64,000 nucleotides of DNA from IMG/VR virus record IMGVR_UViG_3300042340_000066. One strand, given 5' to 3'. A model generated the notes under the pieces. That model saw only the letters and a list, made by a program, of their open reading frames with translations. It searched no databases and was not told the origin of the DNA. Both the position numbers and the translations under genes were made by a program. Of the stretch, positions 43,462-53,795 are shown piece after piece (position 1 is the first letter of the stretch; every line of letters begins with the position of its first letter). Source of the DNA: an uncultured virus (IMG/VR IMGVR_UViG_3300042340_000066). Taxonomy: Duplodnaviria > Heunggongvirae > Uroviricota > Caudoviricetes.

Positions 43462-45282
43462 TTAAGTTCCATCGAAGAAGCCTCTTGACCGACCAGTGGG
43501 GGCGGCACTCCCGCCAGCAGGTACAAAACCATTTATGAGTTCTTGCAGCTTCTGATTATATATTTCTCGCCATCTAGCTAATGTTTCAGGAGTGCGCGGT
43601 TTACTGCCTAATTCTCTTTCCCAAGCAACATCAGCGGCTTTTTGCGCCTCGCCTCTTGCCTGCACCATTTGGTATTCATTCATACCACCGCCCGTTCTTT
43701 TAGCCTCAGCGCCTACATCCGCCGCGTATCTTCTAGCTTCCGCAGATTCTTGGGATTTACGAACACCGTATTCGCCTTCAAGTTTCTTCAGTGCTAGTTG
43801 CTTCTTAAATTCATCCGCTTCCGCAGCCGCCTTCGCCCTTTGATTGAGCACCATCTCAGCAGCTTTACGAGTGCCAGAGCCTTCCATTTCCTTGACTTTG
43901 AGCGCTAGCTCATTGAGCTTAGCCTGACGCGACTCATTCGCTTGTTCAGCACCTATCAGCCCAGAAGCTAGACCAGCAAGGCCCGCACCCCAGCGATTTT
44001 GAGCGGGGCCATAGGTACCCAGACCCAGACCTACCGCATTGGCCAGAGAAGCTATAATACCGAGATTGCCTGCACGGGCACTTTGCTTTTCCATTTCCCC
44101 CTTAATGCGCATGGCTTCGGAGGTATCGGTCTGCATGTACTTAGCGATAGCCGCAATCTGTTGATCTGCGGAGAGGCCACTGTTGACTATGCGGGCTACG
44201 CCAGCGTTATTGTTTGGGTCTAAGTTGACTTTCTGTCCTTCTTCGCCTTGGTCATCCACGATTATGGTGTCAGACGGGTCGTTATAGGAGCTCTGTAGGG
44301 GGCCACCCGTCCATGCCGCTGGGCTAAGTAGCGACACACCCGGACGCTCATCGGACTTCGGCACTTCTTTAGGAACAGGCGCGGGCGCAGGTATACTGCG
44401 CCCCTCTGACGCTTTGGGAGCGTTTGGTTGCTTTGCTGCACCTGCATCGGGCTTTACTGTTTTGTCTGGGGTCAGCATTTCTCCAACCGCCGCGAGTACG
44501 CCTTTAGTATCGTCAATAAAGCTAGGCTTCTCAGGTGCAGTAGGTATAGGTGCAACACCCATCAATTCTCTTTTTTTACTAGGAGAAGGTTCAGTAGTTT
44601 TGTAGTAATCTTTTTCGGCTTGCGCTTTTGCGGCTTGCTTAGCTTCCCAGTTAGGGTCTTTAATAAACGCCTTATCCGCAAGCCAACTACCCGCAGACTT
44701 CAACCCTTTTAAAGCCATTCCACCAATATCACCGGGGCCAGCGCTGTAGCGCTGCACATCTTCCTCCATTTCCGGGTTTGCCTCTGCTTCTGTTTCAGCT
44801 GCGATCATGGCATCTAGCTCATCATCGTTCAAATCGCCATACCCAGAGGTATAAGGGAAAGCTCCTCTAACTACACTACCATCTGCAAACCCTCTCATCC
44901 CCTCATAGTCTTCACCACCATCGTAATTGAAGACAGGTACATCATCTTCACCGGCATAGCCCATCGGGAGCATACTAGCCAGCCCGCCATTAGCGAAAGC
45001 TACGAGCCCACCAGCTGCATACTGCTGTGCCATTTCCTCAAGCCCCGGCTGTGCCAGCCCCATTTCCGGTTGCTGTTGAGGCCATTGATAGTATTGATTC
45101 ATAACAGTACCCTGTGGAGGTGGAGGGGTTTGTAATTTAGTACGTAAGCTACCTTCTGCACCATCTAACCTTTGCGCCATCAATGCGGCTATGGGGTTGT
45201 TCGCCGCGGCTGTCTGCCGCTGCTGTGGGGTGATGGGTTGCTGCAGTGCCCTTTCAATCTCGTAGACGTTAGCGGTTTTCAT
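43462..45282 (-). CDS. putative ejected internal virion protein
   Basis: Low-complexity; YAAGG/FANGG motifs; Gly-rich hydrophobic segment and coiled coil. Confidence 0.7.
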   Translation of the reverse strand: MKTANVYEIERALQQPITPQQRQTAAANNPIAALMAQRLDGAEGSLRTKLQTPPPPQGTVMNQYYQWPQQQPEMGLAQPGLEEMAQQYAAGGLVAFANGGLASMLPMGYAGEDDVPVFNYDGGEDYEGMRGFADGSVVRGAFPYTSGYGDLNDDELDAMIAAETEAEANPEMEEDVQRYSAGPGDIGGMALKGLKSAGSWLADKAFIKDPNWEAKQAAKAQAEKDYYKTTEPSPSKKRELMGVAPIPTAPEKPSFIDDTKGVLAAVGEMLTPDKTVKPDAGAAKQPNAPKASEGRSIPAPAPVPKEVPKSDERPGVSLLSPAAWTGGPLQSSYNDPSDTIIVDDQGEEGQKVNLDPNNNAGVARIVNSGLSADQQIAAIAKYMQTDTSEAMRIKGEMEKQSARAGNLGIIASLANAVGLGLGTYGPAQNRWGAGLAGLASGLIGAEQANESRQAKLNELALKVKEMEGSGTRKAAEMVLNQRAKAAAEADEFKKQLALKKLEGEYGVRKSQESAEARRYAADVGAEAKRTGGGMNEYQMVQARGEAQKAADVAWERELGSKPRTPETLARWREIYNQKLQELINGFVPAGGSAAPTGRSRGFFDGT

Positions 45283-45284
45283 AA

Positions 45285-47729
45285 TCAGGTATTCGTTCCA
45301 CCGGGAGCACCTGAGAGATTAGCAGCGCCAGTCCCCATGCGATTATTAGCCGCGTACCTATTATAAAAATCTTGCCCCAAGCCCATCATGGAGCCAGCTG
45401 TGCCTTTGAGATTACCGAACATGTCCATCTGTTGCGCCCAATTAGCATTACCTATAGCCCCTAAGCCTTGAGCCATGTTGCCCATAGCGTTAAAAGCGCC
45501 GATGTTTTGTTGGTTTCCTTGAAGCCCTGCTTGTTGGTTAGCCATCTGCGACTGCAGCCCATATTGAGAGTTGGCAAGGTTGACGTTTGTACCCAACTGA
45601 GCATTTTGAAGAGCCGCCTGTGTTCCCAGCGAAGCATTCTGCAGGTTGGTTTGATTCGCCAGATTTGCATTCAAAGAGCCCACACCGAACTGAGTCTGCT
45701 GATTAGCCAAAGCCGCTTCAAGTGCCGCCCGTTGGTTGGCTAGATTGGCCTGCGTTCCCAACTGAGCATTAGCAAGAGAGGCTTGATTCTGCGCCCCAGC
45801 ATTGAACTGCCCTGTGCCAAACTGCGTTTGTTGATTAGCTAGAGCCGCTTGTAACGCCGCTGCTTGATTAGCCAGAGCACCTTGAGAGTTTACGCCTTGG
45901 TTAGCTAGCGCTGCCTGCTGTGCTAGTTGTGCATTGGTCTGCCCCGTACCGAAGGCAACTTGTTGGTTAGCCAAGGCCGCTTGAAGCATTTGCTGTGCTT
46001 CTTGAGACTGCACACCCAACATCGACTGCAGGTTCTGCACTTTGGTCTGATAGTCAATGTTCTGGTTAGCCAGCATTGCTTGCAACTCTTGCTGCGAAGA
46101 CTGCGACTGTGTGGAGAGCTTAGACTGCAGATTCTGTAGAGCCGCCTGCTGCGACATGCTTAATTCCCCAGTGTACTGAGAGCGACCTGATTCGTAGGCT
46201 TGCTGCAACCCTCGCGTTTGAATATCTTGCAACTGCTGATTGTAGTTACGCTGCGCTTCAGAGCGCTCCAAAGCCTGCCTAGACCCACCAAACGCTCCAG
46301 CCGATACAGCCTTGGCATTCAGAGCATTCATCTGCTTGGTATAGTCCCTCTCTGCTTCGCGCTTTGAGATATCGATGACCCCCTGCATGTAGGGGCTCAT
46401 ATACTTGCCGGATACACCCTCATCGGTCCAAGACCCCGGCCCTGCCATTTGATAGGCTTCAAGCGCTTGAGTGGTGATTGGACTCGTACTATCCATCTGA
46501 TACCGCTGCAGTTCTCTAGCGGTTACATCCTCTGGGCGCTGCATTTGCGAAGCGTCTACGTTGTACTGCCCGAGGTTCACTTGCTGAGCATTAACATCAG
46601 CAATAGCTGCCATTTGAGAGGCTTGAGCTCTTTCTGCCGCTGCGCGTTCTGCATTGACATTAGCAATACTACCCATCTGTGCGGCGGCGGCTCTTTCTGC
46701 GCTGGCCCTTTCAGCCGAAGCGTTTTGGTAGCTTACATCCTGCGGTTTATACCCAGCCAAGCCTTGCAACCCTGCTCCCGCTGTTCTGAACATATCTGCT
46801 GATTGCCCCAACTCGGCGGGTGCTTGCATCTGATTCAAGTAATCCAGAGTTTTATTAACCCACGGATCAGTGGTGGTTATGGGTTTGGTGGGGTCTACTC
46901 CTACGATGTTGCCTTTATCATCTCTGATATACCCCGGAACCACGCCATAGGTGCTCTCCATCCCTCCTAATTCAGAGATAACAGGCGCTGCATTTTTTAC
47001 CCCCTCCGAACCTGTTCCAGCACTTGTCCCCGTGCCTTTACCTGCACCTAAAGCGGTAGAGTTCTTCAGAATACCTTTATTGGTAGGGGCTTTGGTGCCT
47101 ACGTTGGTATAAGGAGAAACATCACGTCCTGTTTTCTGCTCAATCGTATCAAGCCGTTTCTTTTGTGCTGCCGTAGGTTCTTTGCCTTTAGCTTTAAGAT
47201 TGGCCATTTGTTTTACAAACGCCGCTTGACCCGCATCAAGCCCTTTATCTCCTACCTTGCCTCCGTCTGCATAGCGCTTAGCCTGCATGATTCCACCAGC
47301 CGCTTTACCTTGCTTGGCATAGGGGTTAGCCACACCTACGAGGTCAGCCATCGCTGCGCTCTGCTGCTGTTTATCTAAGCGGCCTTGCGTCCAAGCATCG
47401 GGTCTGGCTCCCGGCATCTGTGGGTTTGGTTGAATAGCAGCGGGGGCGTCATTCACAATACCACGGCTACGATTGATTCGGTCCATTACATCTTGCTGTA
47501 CAGCACCGGGAGGCATTCCAGCAAACCTACGCAAAGACTCAGGGTCCATCTCCATAACCCCCTTATACAGCTTTCTACGCTGTAGGGTATCTTTAAGCAT
47601 GGGCGTGTAATACTGCATCTGCAGTCCCTGCATTTGCTGCTGCAGGCCGAACTTCAGCCAGTCAAGCTCGTTGGGGGTGTACGCTTGAAAAGTCTGGGAT
47701 GATGTTGACGGGGGTACTGAACTGCCCAT
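45285..47729 (-). CDS. putative DNA ejection/pilot protein with Q/A/N repeats
   Basis: YMSPYMQGVID...AGAFGGSRQAL; many QAALANQQ repeats. Confidence 0.75.
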   Translation of the reverse strand: MGSSVPPSTSSQTFQAYTPNELDWLKFGLQQQMQGLQMQYYTPMLKDTLQRRKLYKGVMEMDPESLRRFAGMPPGAVQQDVMDRINRSRGIVNDAPAAIQPNPQMPGARPDAWTQGRLDKQQQSAAMADLVGVANPYAKQGKAAGGIMQAKRYADGGKVGDKGLDAGQAAFVKQMANLKAKGKEPTAAQKKRLDTIEQKTGRDVSPYTNVGTKAPTNKGILKNSTALGAGKGTGTSAGTGSEGVKNAAPVISELGGMESTYGVVPGYIRDDKGNIVGVDPTKPITTTDPWVNKTLDYLNQMQAPAELGQSADMFRTAGAGLQGLAGYKPQDVSYQNASAERASAERAAAAQMGSIANVNAERAAAERAQASQMAAIADVNAQQVNLGQYNVDASQMQRPEDVTARELQRYQMDSTSPITTQALEAYQMAGPGSWTDEGVSGKYMSPYMQGVIDISKREAERDYTKQMNALNAKAVSAGAFGGSRQALERSEAQRNYNQQLQDIQTRGLQQAYESGRSQYTGELSMSQQAALQNLQSKLSTQSQSSQQELQAMLANQNIDYQTKVQNLQSMLGVQSQEAQQMLQAALANQQVAFGTGQTNAQLAQQAALANQGVNSQGALANQAAALQAALANQQTQFGTGQFNAGAQNQASLANAQLGTQANLANQRAALEAALANQQTQFGVGSLNANLANQTNLQNASLGTQAALQNAQLGTNVNLANSQYGLQSQMANQQAGLQGNQQNIGAFNAMGNMAQGLGAIGNANWAQQMDMFGNLKGTAGSMMGLGQDFYNRYAANNRMGTGAANLSGAPGGTNT

Positions 47730-47750
47730 GATAAACCTCTTAAAAATTCG

Positions 47751-48164
47751 TTAAAGCTTGCGCCCTACTACGTGATACTTTTCGGCAAAACCAAAGTGCC
47801 TCAGTAACCTAGCCATTGACTTCCTGACTGCTCCCTCAACACACGTAGCCCCGTGTGTCTGCATTATAGTAAAAAGTTGCTGTAATGTATCTTTATTTGT
47901 GATGAACTTACCGCCAGAAGCTACGATAAAGGCCACTCTATCTCTAGGGCGATTGTAGTATTCGATAACAGCACAGCCATGAATCTGGTTCTGCTCATCC
48001 ACCGCTACCGTAAGCTGCCATAGTCCTCTAGTCAGCAAAACCCGCGCTTCCTCTACCGTGTAGTCACCCTGAGAATGTTCAAACGCCTCGGCTATATATG
48101 TCTCCACATAAGGCAACGTAGACGGTACGTACTCCAAAGGTACTATCTGTACGGTGTTCATCAA
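47751..48164 (-). CDS. GNAT-like protein (T7 gp13-like position)
   Basis: IHGCAVIE..N.P..RVAFIVA.GG...GATCVEGAVR.SMARL...FGF. Confidence 0.65.
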   Translation of the reverse strand: MMNTVQIVPLEYVPSTLPYVETYIAEAFEHSQGDYTVEEARVLLTRGLWQLTVAVDEQNQIHGCAVIEYYNRPRDRVAFIVASGGKFITNKDTLQQLFTIMQTHGATCVEGAVRKSMARLLRHFGFAEKYHVVGRKL

Positions 48165-49252
48165 CCAGCCCGCTGCATTCTCTCCACAGCCCTACGCTCG
48201 GCTAAGCTGCCTGCACGTTGAGGAGGCTTTACACCTTCGGGGGGTCCATTCTGTATGTAGTGGGTGAACGCTTGTTCCAAGAACTTGGCCCCAGCTTTGG
48301 ATGAACCATTACCAATCGCACTGACCACATCTGCAGGGATCACATACTGACCGTCCCGCATAGCAATACCACCACCTTTCAGCGTAGTCAGACCGCCATC
48401 AGAAAAACCTCTAAACGGGTTAGCAAAGGGACTACCTGACATTCTTCTACTCATCAATTCATCCTCTTCAGCATAGCGAGACTGAGGTCTGCCACCACCG
48501 CCCGTAGAGGGTCTCGGCATGGGCTCTTCTTCAGGAGACATAGCGCCTTTGAGCGCTTCCTTGCCTAGCTCCTTACTCATATCACCAAACATAGAGTCAG
48601 AGCCCCCGGTTGTCGAGGCTGCAGCTGCTTGAGAAGCTTTTCCAAATGTAGGAGCCGCTGTCCCTTTAGTTATAGCGCTAACAGAAGGTTCTGCCGCTAC
48701 GACTTGAGCAGCGCCGGGGATACCACCCGTTGCTTGTTGGAATGCTGGAGTGGCTACTCCCTTAGTAATCTCACTAACTGATGGTTGTGCTGCAGTGACC
48801 GCTTGGCCCGCTTGACCTGTTATACCCCCTGCAGGCGCTGCTGCGCCACCCAATGCTCCAAGACCACTCATCAAGGCTCCACCCGCAGCACCGAAAAGAG
48901 CCCCTTGGCCGGGATCACCACCCATAGCCGCAGAAGACGCAGCACCTAATCCAGCACTACCCGCAGCGGTGGTTAACCCTGTACCTATCGTCCCTGCCGC
49001 TCCTCCTATCGTACCGCCTGCTCCTACAGAGCCGGGAACCCCAAGCGCCATCAATCCAGAGCCTATACCCCCAGCAATGCCTGAGCCTATACCAGACGCG
49101 GCTCCCGCCGCTGTACCCACTGCCCCGGCCAAGCCTGTACCGGCTGTCGCTGCCGCTGTCGCTGTCGCTGCCGTACCCACTGTACCTAGACCAACAGCAG
49201 CAAGCCCCGAGGCGAGAGCAGAACCAATCGAACCCAATACAATAAACGCCAT
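48161..49252 (-). CDS. putative ejected protein with Gly/Ala-rich membrane-type N-terminus
   Basis: Glycine-zipper-like N-terminus; C-terminal DGQYVIPADVVSAIGNGSSKAGA. Confidence 0.7.
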   Translation of the reverse strand: MAFIVLGSIGSALASGLAAVGLGTVGTAATATAAATAGTGLAGAVGTAAGAASGIGSGIAGGIGSGLMALGVPGSVGAGGTIGGAAGTIGTGLTTAAGSAGLGAASSAAMGGDPGQGALFGAAGGALMSGLGALGGAAAPAGGITGQAGQAVTAAQPSVSEITKGVATPAFQQATGGIPGAAQVVAAEPSVSAITKGTAAPTFGKASQAAAASTTGGSDSMFGDMSKELGKEALKGAMSPEEEPMPRPSTGGGGRPQSRYAEEDELMSRRMSGSPFANPFRGFSDGGLTTLKGGGIAMRDGQYVIPADVVSAIGNGSSKAGAKFLEQAFTHYIQNGPPEGVKPPQRAGSLAERRAVERMQRAG

Positions 49253-49253
49253 G

Positions 49254-49685
49254 CTAGTTCTCCAAAAGTCCTGCTTTATACTCGTCCATTGAACTACACG
49301 TCAGCAGCTTCTCAATCACATCCACATCCGTTTCTTCACAGGCATGAACAGTGAGCCACTCGACCTCTGTATGCGCATAGATCGCCCTTTGTACGCCTGC
49401 TGGAGTAACGAAGACTTGAGGAGCAAATACATCCCTCTTCTCTCCGTTCTCATCCATGACTGAGGCTATGCCTTTCAACGCTACCGTGATGTGCGGCACT
49501 TTATGAACCGCTGATATAATCGTCGCTCCCGCAGGGACATTCGTCCTACGTCCATAGAGCATACCGGGAACAATGTAATGATCGGTCTTTCCTTCAATAC
49601 GGAACTGGTCTCCAGCCGCTATCGCGTCTGCCATCGCATGGCGAAACTCTTCAATAGACGGGCTAGCTTTTTCTATCTGATTCAT
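49254..49685 (-). CDS. cupin-like protein
   Basis: VPAGATI.SAVHKVPH...APQVFVTPAGVQRAIYAHTE..WLTVH. Confidence 0.7.
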   Translation of the reverse strand: MNQIEKASPSIEEFRHAMADAIAAGDQFRIEGKTDHYIVPGMLYGRRTNVPAGATIISAVHKVPHITVALKGIASVMDENGEKRDVFAPQVFVTPAGVQRAIYAHTEVEWLTVHACEETDVDVIEKLLTCSSMDEYKAGLLEN

Positions 49686-50977
49686 CAGTCCATCATATCC
49701 AGTACGACTTCTTTACCTGCATCTTGCTTGACTTGTTGGGCTGTCCCGTATGCTGCCATTCTAACACGCTTGAGCATATTATCTAAGGCTTCAACCCCAA
49801 ACATATCCACAATAGCTTTAGGAATAATCACCTCACCATCCGCTACACGGACTTCCTCTTCACCATCAATGACCGCGCCCACCGAGTCACTCATGCCATC
49901 CCCATCACCTTCTATAAACCCACTGTCTTCAGGCTCGCCTTCACCGTCAACAAACCCGCCTTCTTCATAGCCTTCTACGACCTCATGCCTTTGTGGAGCA
50001 GCAGCGGGGTATGGTTTAGCGCGTTCAATCATGGATTGTGGATAGGCAGTATCCGGGTCAAAAGGGGCTGTGTTGATATAGCCTCCATGCGCCATACGCA
50101 GGGCTCCCAGTCCTCCCTCTTTCTTAAAACTTTCTATCGCATGTTCAGGGATATAGGCTTGTACAGGAAGACCAAACTCACCCGCATACCCCACGGCACC
50201 ACCATCAGAGAAACCACGGTTGGTAAAAGAGTAACTGTATCTCATCTTAGACGGGTCAATCCCTGCCTGTCGCAGTAGCGCTAGCTTCTGCTCTTCTTGT
50301 TGTTTGATGGCATCGGGAGCATCGAACATGCTCTCTAACCCCGCTTGAGTCGTACCGCCTAGCATAATAGGTTCTTTATACTCAGAGAGGTAGTTCTTAA
50401 AACCTTTTACACTGCCTAAGTTGTTATCAAAAGCACGACTTAGATTGCCAGAAACCCTATCGGTGAATGAGGAGGGTTCGTAAAAAAGGTCATCCATTGC
50501 ACCCTCTGCGCTTCGCGCTCCCAACAAATTCTCAGCTTCGGCTCCTCCGTATCCTCCCAGAGCTGCGCCCGTAAGGGCTCCCGCTTTCGCTGCGCTACCT
50601 ATATTACCTCCAGACAACCCAGCACCTAGAGCCCCGGTAGCTGCATTCGTCGCTGCGCCTGCTAGACCTGAACCGGCTAGTCCAAAGATATCTGCTACTC
50701 CCGCGTCTTCTAAATCAAAAAGCTCTTTTGCCGCGTCTTTAACCGGATCAAACATGGCGCTGCCCATAAGGGGGCTAAGCACACTACCTACAAACCCGCT
50801 AATCATGCTGCCCCAACCAAAGGCTTCGGGAAGGCCCGTATCAGGATTCACCGTAGGCTCCGTACCAAACAGAGCGGCGAGGCCAGCGACTTCTTCCGGG
50901 TTGACGTGCATCAGCATCGTATCGCCATTACGCCCCAGAGAGGCCAGACCGTTAGCAGTGGTGTTGTACTTTGGCAT
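49685..50977 (-). CDS. putative ejected virion protein
   Basis: N-terminal LASLGRNGDTMLMHVNPEE...NPDTGLPE; C-terminal GDGMSDSV...ADGEVIIP. Confidence 0.75.
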   Translation of the reverse strand: MPKYNTTANGLASLGRNGDTMLMHVNPEEVAGLAALFGTEPTVNPDTGLPEAFGWGSMISGFVGSVLSPLMGSAMFDPVKDAAKELFDLEDAGVADIFGLAGSGLAGAATNAATGALGAGLSGGNIGSAAKAGALTGAALGGYGGAEAENLLGARSAEGAMDDLFYEPSSFTDRVSGNLSRAFDNNLGSVKGFKNYLSEYKEPIMLGGTTQAGLESMFDAPDAIKQQEEQKLALLRQAGIDPSKMRYSYSFTNRGFSDGGAVGYAGEFGLPVQAYIPEHAIESFKKEGGLGALRMAHGGYINTAPFDPDTAYPQSMIERAKPYPAAAPQRHEVVEGYEEGGFVDGEGEPEDSGFIEGDGDGMSDSVGAVIDGEEEVRVADGEVIIPKAIVDMFGVEALDNMLKRVRMAAYGTAQQVKQDAGKEVVLDMMD

Positions 50978-50986
50978 ACGCTTATC

Positions 50987-51409
50987 CTATGGAACGATTT
51001 TTAGGGTGTTGTCTGCAGCGGTGTCCCGCCATACCGTGCCGTGGGGTGAACCTGTAATCACTCGACCTGTTCCTGTCGCTGCACCTGTAGTTTTGAATGT
51101 GGTGCCTAGGTTGTTGTCTGCTGCGCCGACCAACGTGAAGTCCGTAGTGCCTACCGTGACGATAGTATAGTACGAAAGAGCCACCATAGCCGTGGCTGCA
51201 ATAGGTGTTGGAAGAGCCGCAGAGAACGCATTCCCATCCGGGTTGAAGTTAGCCGCAACCAATGACGTGCACCGCACATCGCCGGGATTGTTGACCTGTT
51301 CGATGAAGTAATTGACCAACCGCACCAGATTATTCTGGAACTGAATGTCGTACTCTAGCGGAGCTAGCGGGAGTACCGGAGCGGGAGGGACGTTACCTGA
51401 CTTACTCAT
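50987..51409 (-). CDS. putative tail/virion protein
   Basis: PVLPLAP.EY...; IVTVGTTDFT..GA...GTTF module; GTVWRD..LKIV. Confidence 0.7.
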   Translation of the reverse strand: MSKSGNVPPAPVLPLAPLEYDIQFQNNLVRLVNYFIEQVNNPGDVRCTSLVAANFNPDGNAFSAALPTPIAATAMVALSYYTIVTVGTTDFTLVGAADNNLGTTFKTTGAATGTGRVITGSPHGTVWRDTAADNTLKIVP

Positions 51410-51413
51410 CTAT

Positions 51414-53792
51414 TTATCTGCGTCCGTCTGGCTGCACTTGGATTCTTGGGACTCCTAATTGCCATTTTACACCCAAAGAGTTATTGCTAATCTTAAAGGC
51501 AACTTGTCTTCCTCTCAGGCGAATCCATTCTTGGTGCGTGTAATCGTACACTTGCAGTGACACCTTGTTACTGGAAACTACTTCGCTATCTGTAGAGGTG
51601 AAAGTGCCTTGACCGGGGAAATTCCTCGTCGATACCGTCATCGTCACAGAAGGTGTATTTGACAGTGATCCAATAAAATCTACGTCCGGTATGATGCGCT
51701 TTATGAACGAGAAGTTGTCACCCTCACCGATGTCGAAATCCGAAGATTCAATAAAGGAGTCAATGGGTGTTGGAGGGTTGGTGGTGTAGTCGTCTACACC
51801 GTTCTCATGAAGTAAAAGTCTGCCTCCACTGGTAGCCAGCGGGAAAGCTCTGATATGTGAATCGTACCAAGCGGTGCGCGGCATTTGGCCGTAGTACCAG
51901 ACTTTCTCAAGGTAGTTGTAGACTACATAGCGGTCATTTGTGGGATTGTCCACACCGATAGTGGAAGCCGAAGGGTAGAACCACCATACCTCATTAAACT
52001 TCTCGTTGGTGCCCGCATAGACCTGATCCAACTGCGACTCGTTAATATCATCAAAGACATACTGCCGCAGACTGCAGGGGAGCGTGTCCACACGCCCAGA
52101 ATAGACATAGAATTTTTCCAAGCCCATCCAGTACGTGATGTTGCTGGCAGTGACGACTGCATTAGGACCGGCGAGAGTGACTTCGTTTGAGATCGTGTTG
52201 AACCCAAAGGTGTAGGGCGGGCCTAGATAGCGCATGGAATACAGCGCACTATCACTCCAAATCAGCACTTCCTGTCGAGTCTTTTCAGCCGTAATCAGCT
52301 TACTGCCATAGGCCATGCGTTGAAACCCCGCCGTGTTGATAGGTGTCGGCTCCCAGATCAACGGGTCTTCCTGTTCGCACCAGCGAAGCAACAATGGGTC
52401 TTGAGCGCTGGGTTCCGTGGCTGTGGGGTCGTTAGTGCCTAGCACCACAATATGCCGTTCTTCAGAGACAAAGACATGGGCACCCACTTCAGGAGACCAA
52501 CTATCCGCGCCGGGAAGATCAACAATGTTCACACCACTATGCAGCGTGACTTCACCCGTATCATCCAGATTAGCAGCCGCCGCCCAATAGTACACTCCAC
52601 CATTGCGAATGTTATAAACCAAGTCTTGACCAAACGAGTCAGAACTCCACAGGCGCATGGGAATGTTGATGCCAAACTCTGCGGGTGTATTCCACCCACG
52701 GACAGGATTAGTTACGCTAGGTGTTGTTGACTGATAAACCAAACCTCTTATCGTCGTGCCGTTCTGATGGAAGGTCGCTGTGCTTGAAGTCGCTCCGCGT
52801 GTGCATCCGGTCAGATCATTACCACTTATGCCTGAGTATTGAATGATTTCAGATTCAAGCAGTGCATACCCAGAAGCCGGAAAGGTCGAAGCATTGGTCA
52901 GGGTGATTGTCGTCTCAGTGTTATCTACTTCTTCCGCTACCGTGGTGAGCCCAGCGTTGTAGACCATAGAGTTCCAGACACCTGCACTCCAGCCCGTGCC
53001 TTGCGTAGAAAACTCCTCACCCGTGTCAATCTCAAACTCTGCAGTGATGGCACCGCCACCCTGACCTGTCAAAGCTGATGTTGCCAGTACCCCAACATCT
53101 ACGGCTACGTAATTGGTAGTAAACGCCTTGATCTGAAAGTTCTTGTTTAACTGCGCGGCAGTGTAAGGCCCAAACGCAGCCGCCCCGCCTATAGTGACGA
53201 AGTTATTCGTGCCCGAGCCATGAGCCGTAGCCGCAAGGATCAACCATCGACTGGTGACAGCAACGCCTGAATTGTACGCCGCCGCTGTAGTGCCGTTATA
53301 GCCTCGTGAGCAGCCAGTGAGAGTATTGCCACTGACATTCTGAACAAAGATATCTTCTGAACCAATGGTGATGACCAAAGGAAAAGCTCTCTGAAAAGAC
53401 GTACCCGAGACAAGAGTAATGTCCGTGCTAGTAGCACTGATCGAAGAAGCTAGCGTTGAATAGATGGTATCAAGGGACACCGTGCCCGCAGCAAAAGAGT
53501 CTGCTATGGGTGTGATATCGTAAAAGACTTGGTTGGAGTCGATGTAATATTTGAGGTTAGTCCCCATACTCAGCAGAGTGAAAGACACCCCGGAATTGGC
53601 TAGAGACTCCCACTCAGTCAGATCACGACAAGCCCCTAGATACACATCATCTGAAGCAAACGTCCACCCACCGATGTTTTCCGGCTGACCTGAACGGAAG
53701 CGAATCTTATCGCAGGCATACCACCCCCCTTCGTTAGCAAGGGATGTTGACTCCCTATTAACTCCGGGCCTCATTTGCAATTTCTGAAGCAT
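51414..53792 (-). CDS. tail nozzle / head-closure protein (P22 gp10-like) with two inserted repeat domains
   Basis: PGVNRE...KIRFRSGQPE.IGGW; RLWS.D.FG; EVWWFYPS; RLRGRQ...PDGRR. Confidence 0.8.
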   Translation of the reverse strand: MLQKLQMRPGVNRESTSLANEGGWYACDKIRFRSGQPENIGGWTFASDDVYLGACRDLTEWESLANSGVSFTLLSMGTNLKYYIDSNQVFYDITPIADSFAAGTVSLDTIYSTLASSISATSTDITLVSGTSFQRAFPLVITIGSEDIFVQNVSGNTLTGCSRGYNGTTAAAYNSGVAVTSRWLILAATAHGSGTNNFVTIGGAAAFGPYTAAQLNKNFQIKAFTTNYVAVDVGVLATSALTGQGGGAITAEFEIDTGEEFSTQGTGWSAGVWNSMVYNAGLTTVAEEVDNTETTITLTNASTFPASGYALLESEIIQYSGISGNDLTGCTRGATSSTATFHQNGTTIRGLVYQSTTPSVTNPVRGWNTPAEFGINIPMRLWSSDSFGQDLVYNIRNGGVYYWAAAANLDDTGEVTLHSGVNIVDLPGADSWSPEVGAHVFVSEERHIVVLGTNDPTATEPSAQDPLLLRWCEQEDPLIWEPTPINTAGFQRMAYGSKLITAEKTRQEVLIWSDSALYSMRYLGPPYTFGFNTISNEVTLAGPNAVVTASNITYWMGLEKFYVYSGRVDTLPCSLRQYVFDDINESQLDQVYAGTNEKFNEVWWFYPSASTIGVDNPTNDRYVVYNYLEKVWYYGQMPRTAWYDSHIRAFPLATSGGRLLLHENGVDDYTTNPPTPIDSFIESSDFDIGEGDNFSFIKRIIPDVDFIGSLSNTPSVTMTVSTRNFPGQGTFTSTDSEVVSSNKVSLQVYDYTHQEWIRLRGRQVAFKISNNSLGVKWQLGVPRIQVQPDGRR

Positions 53793-53795
53793 GAT

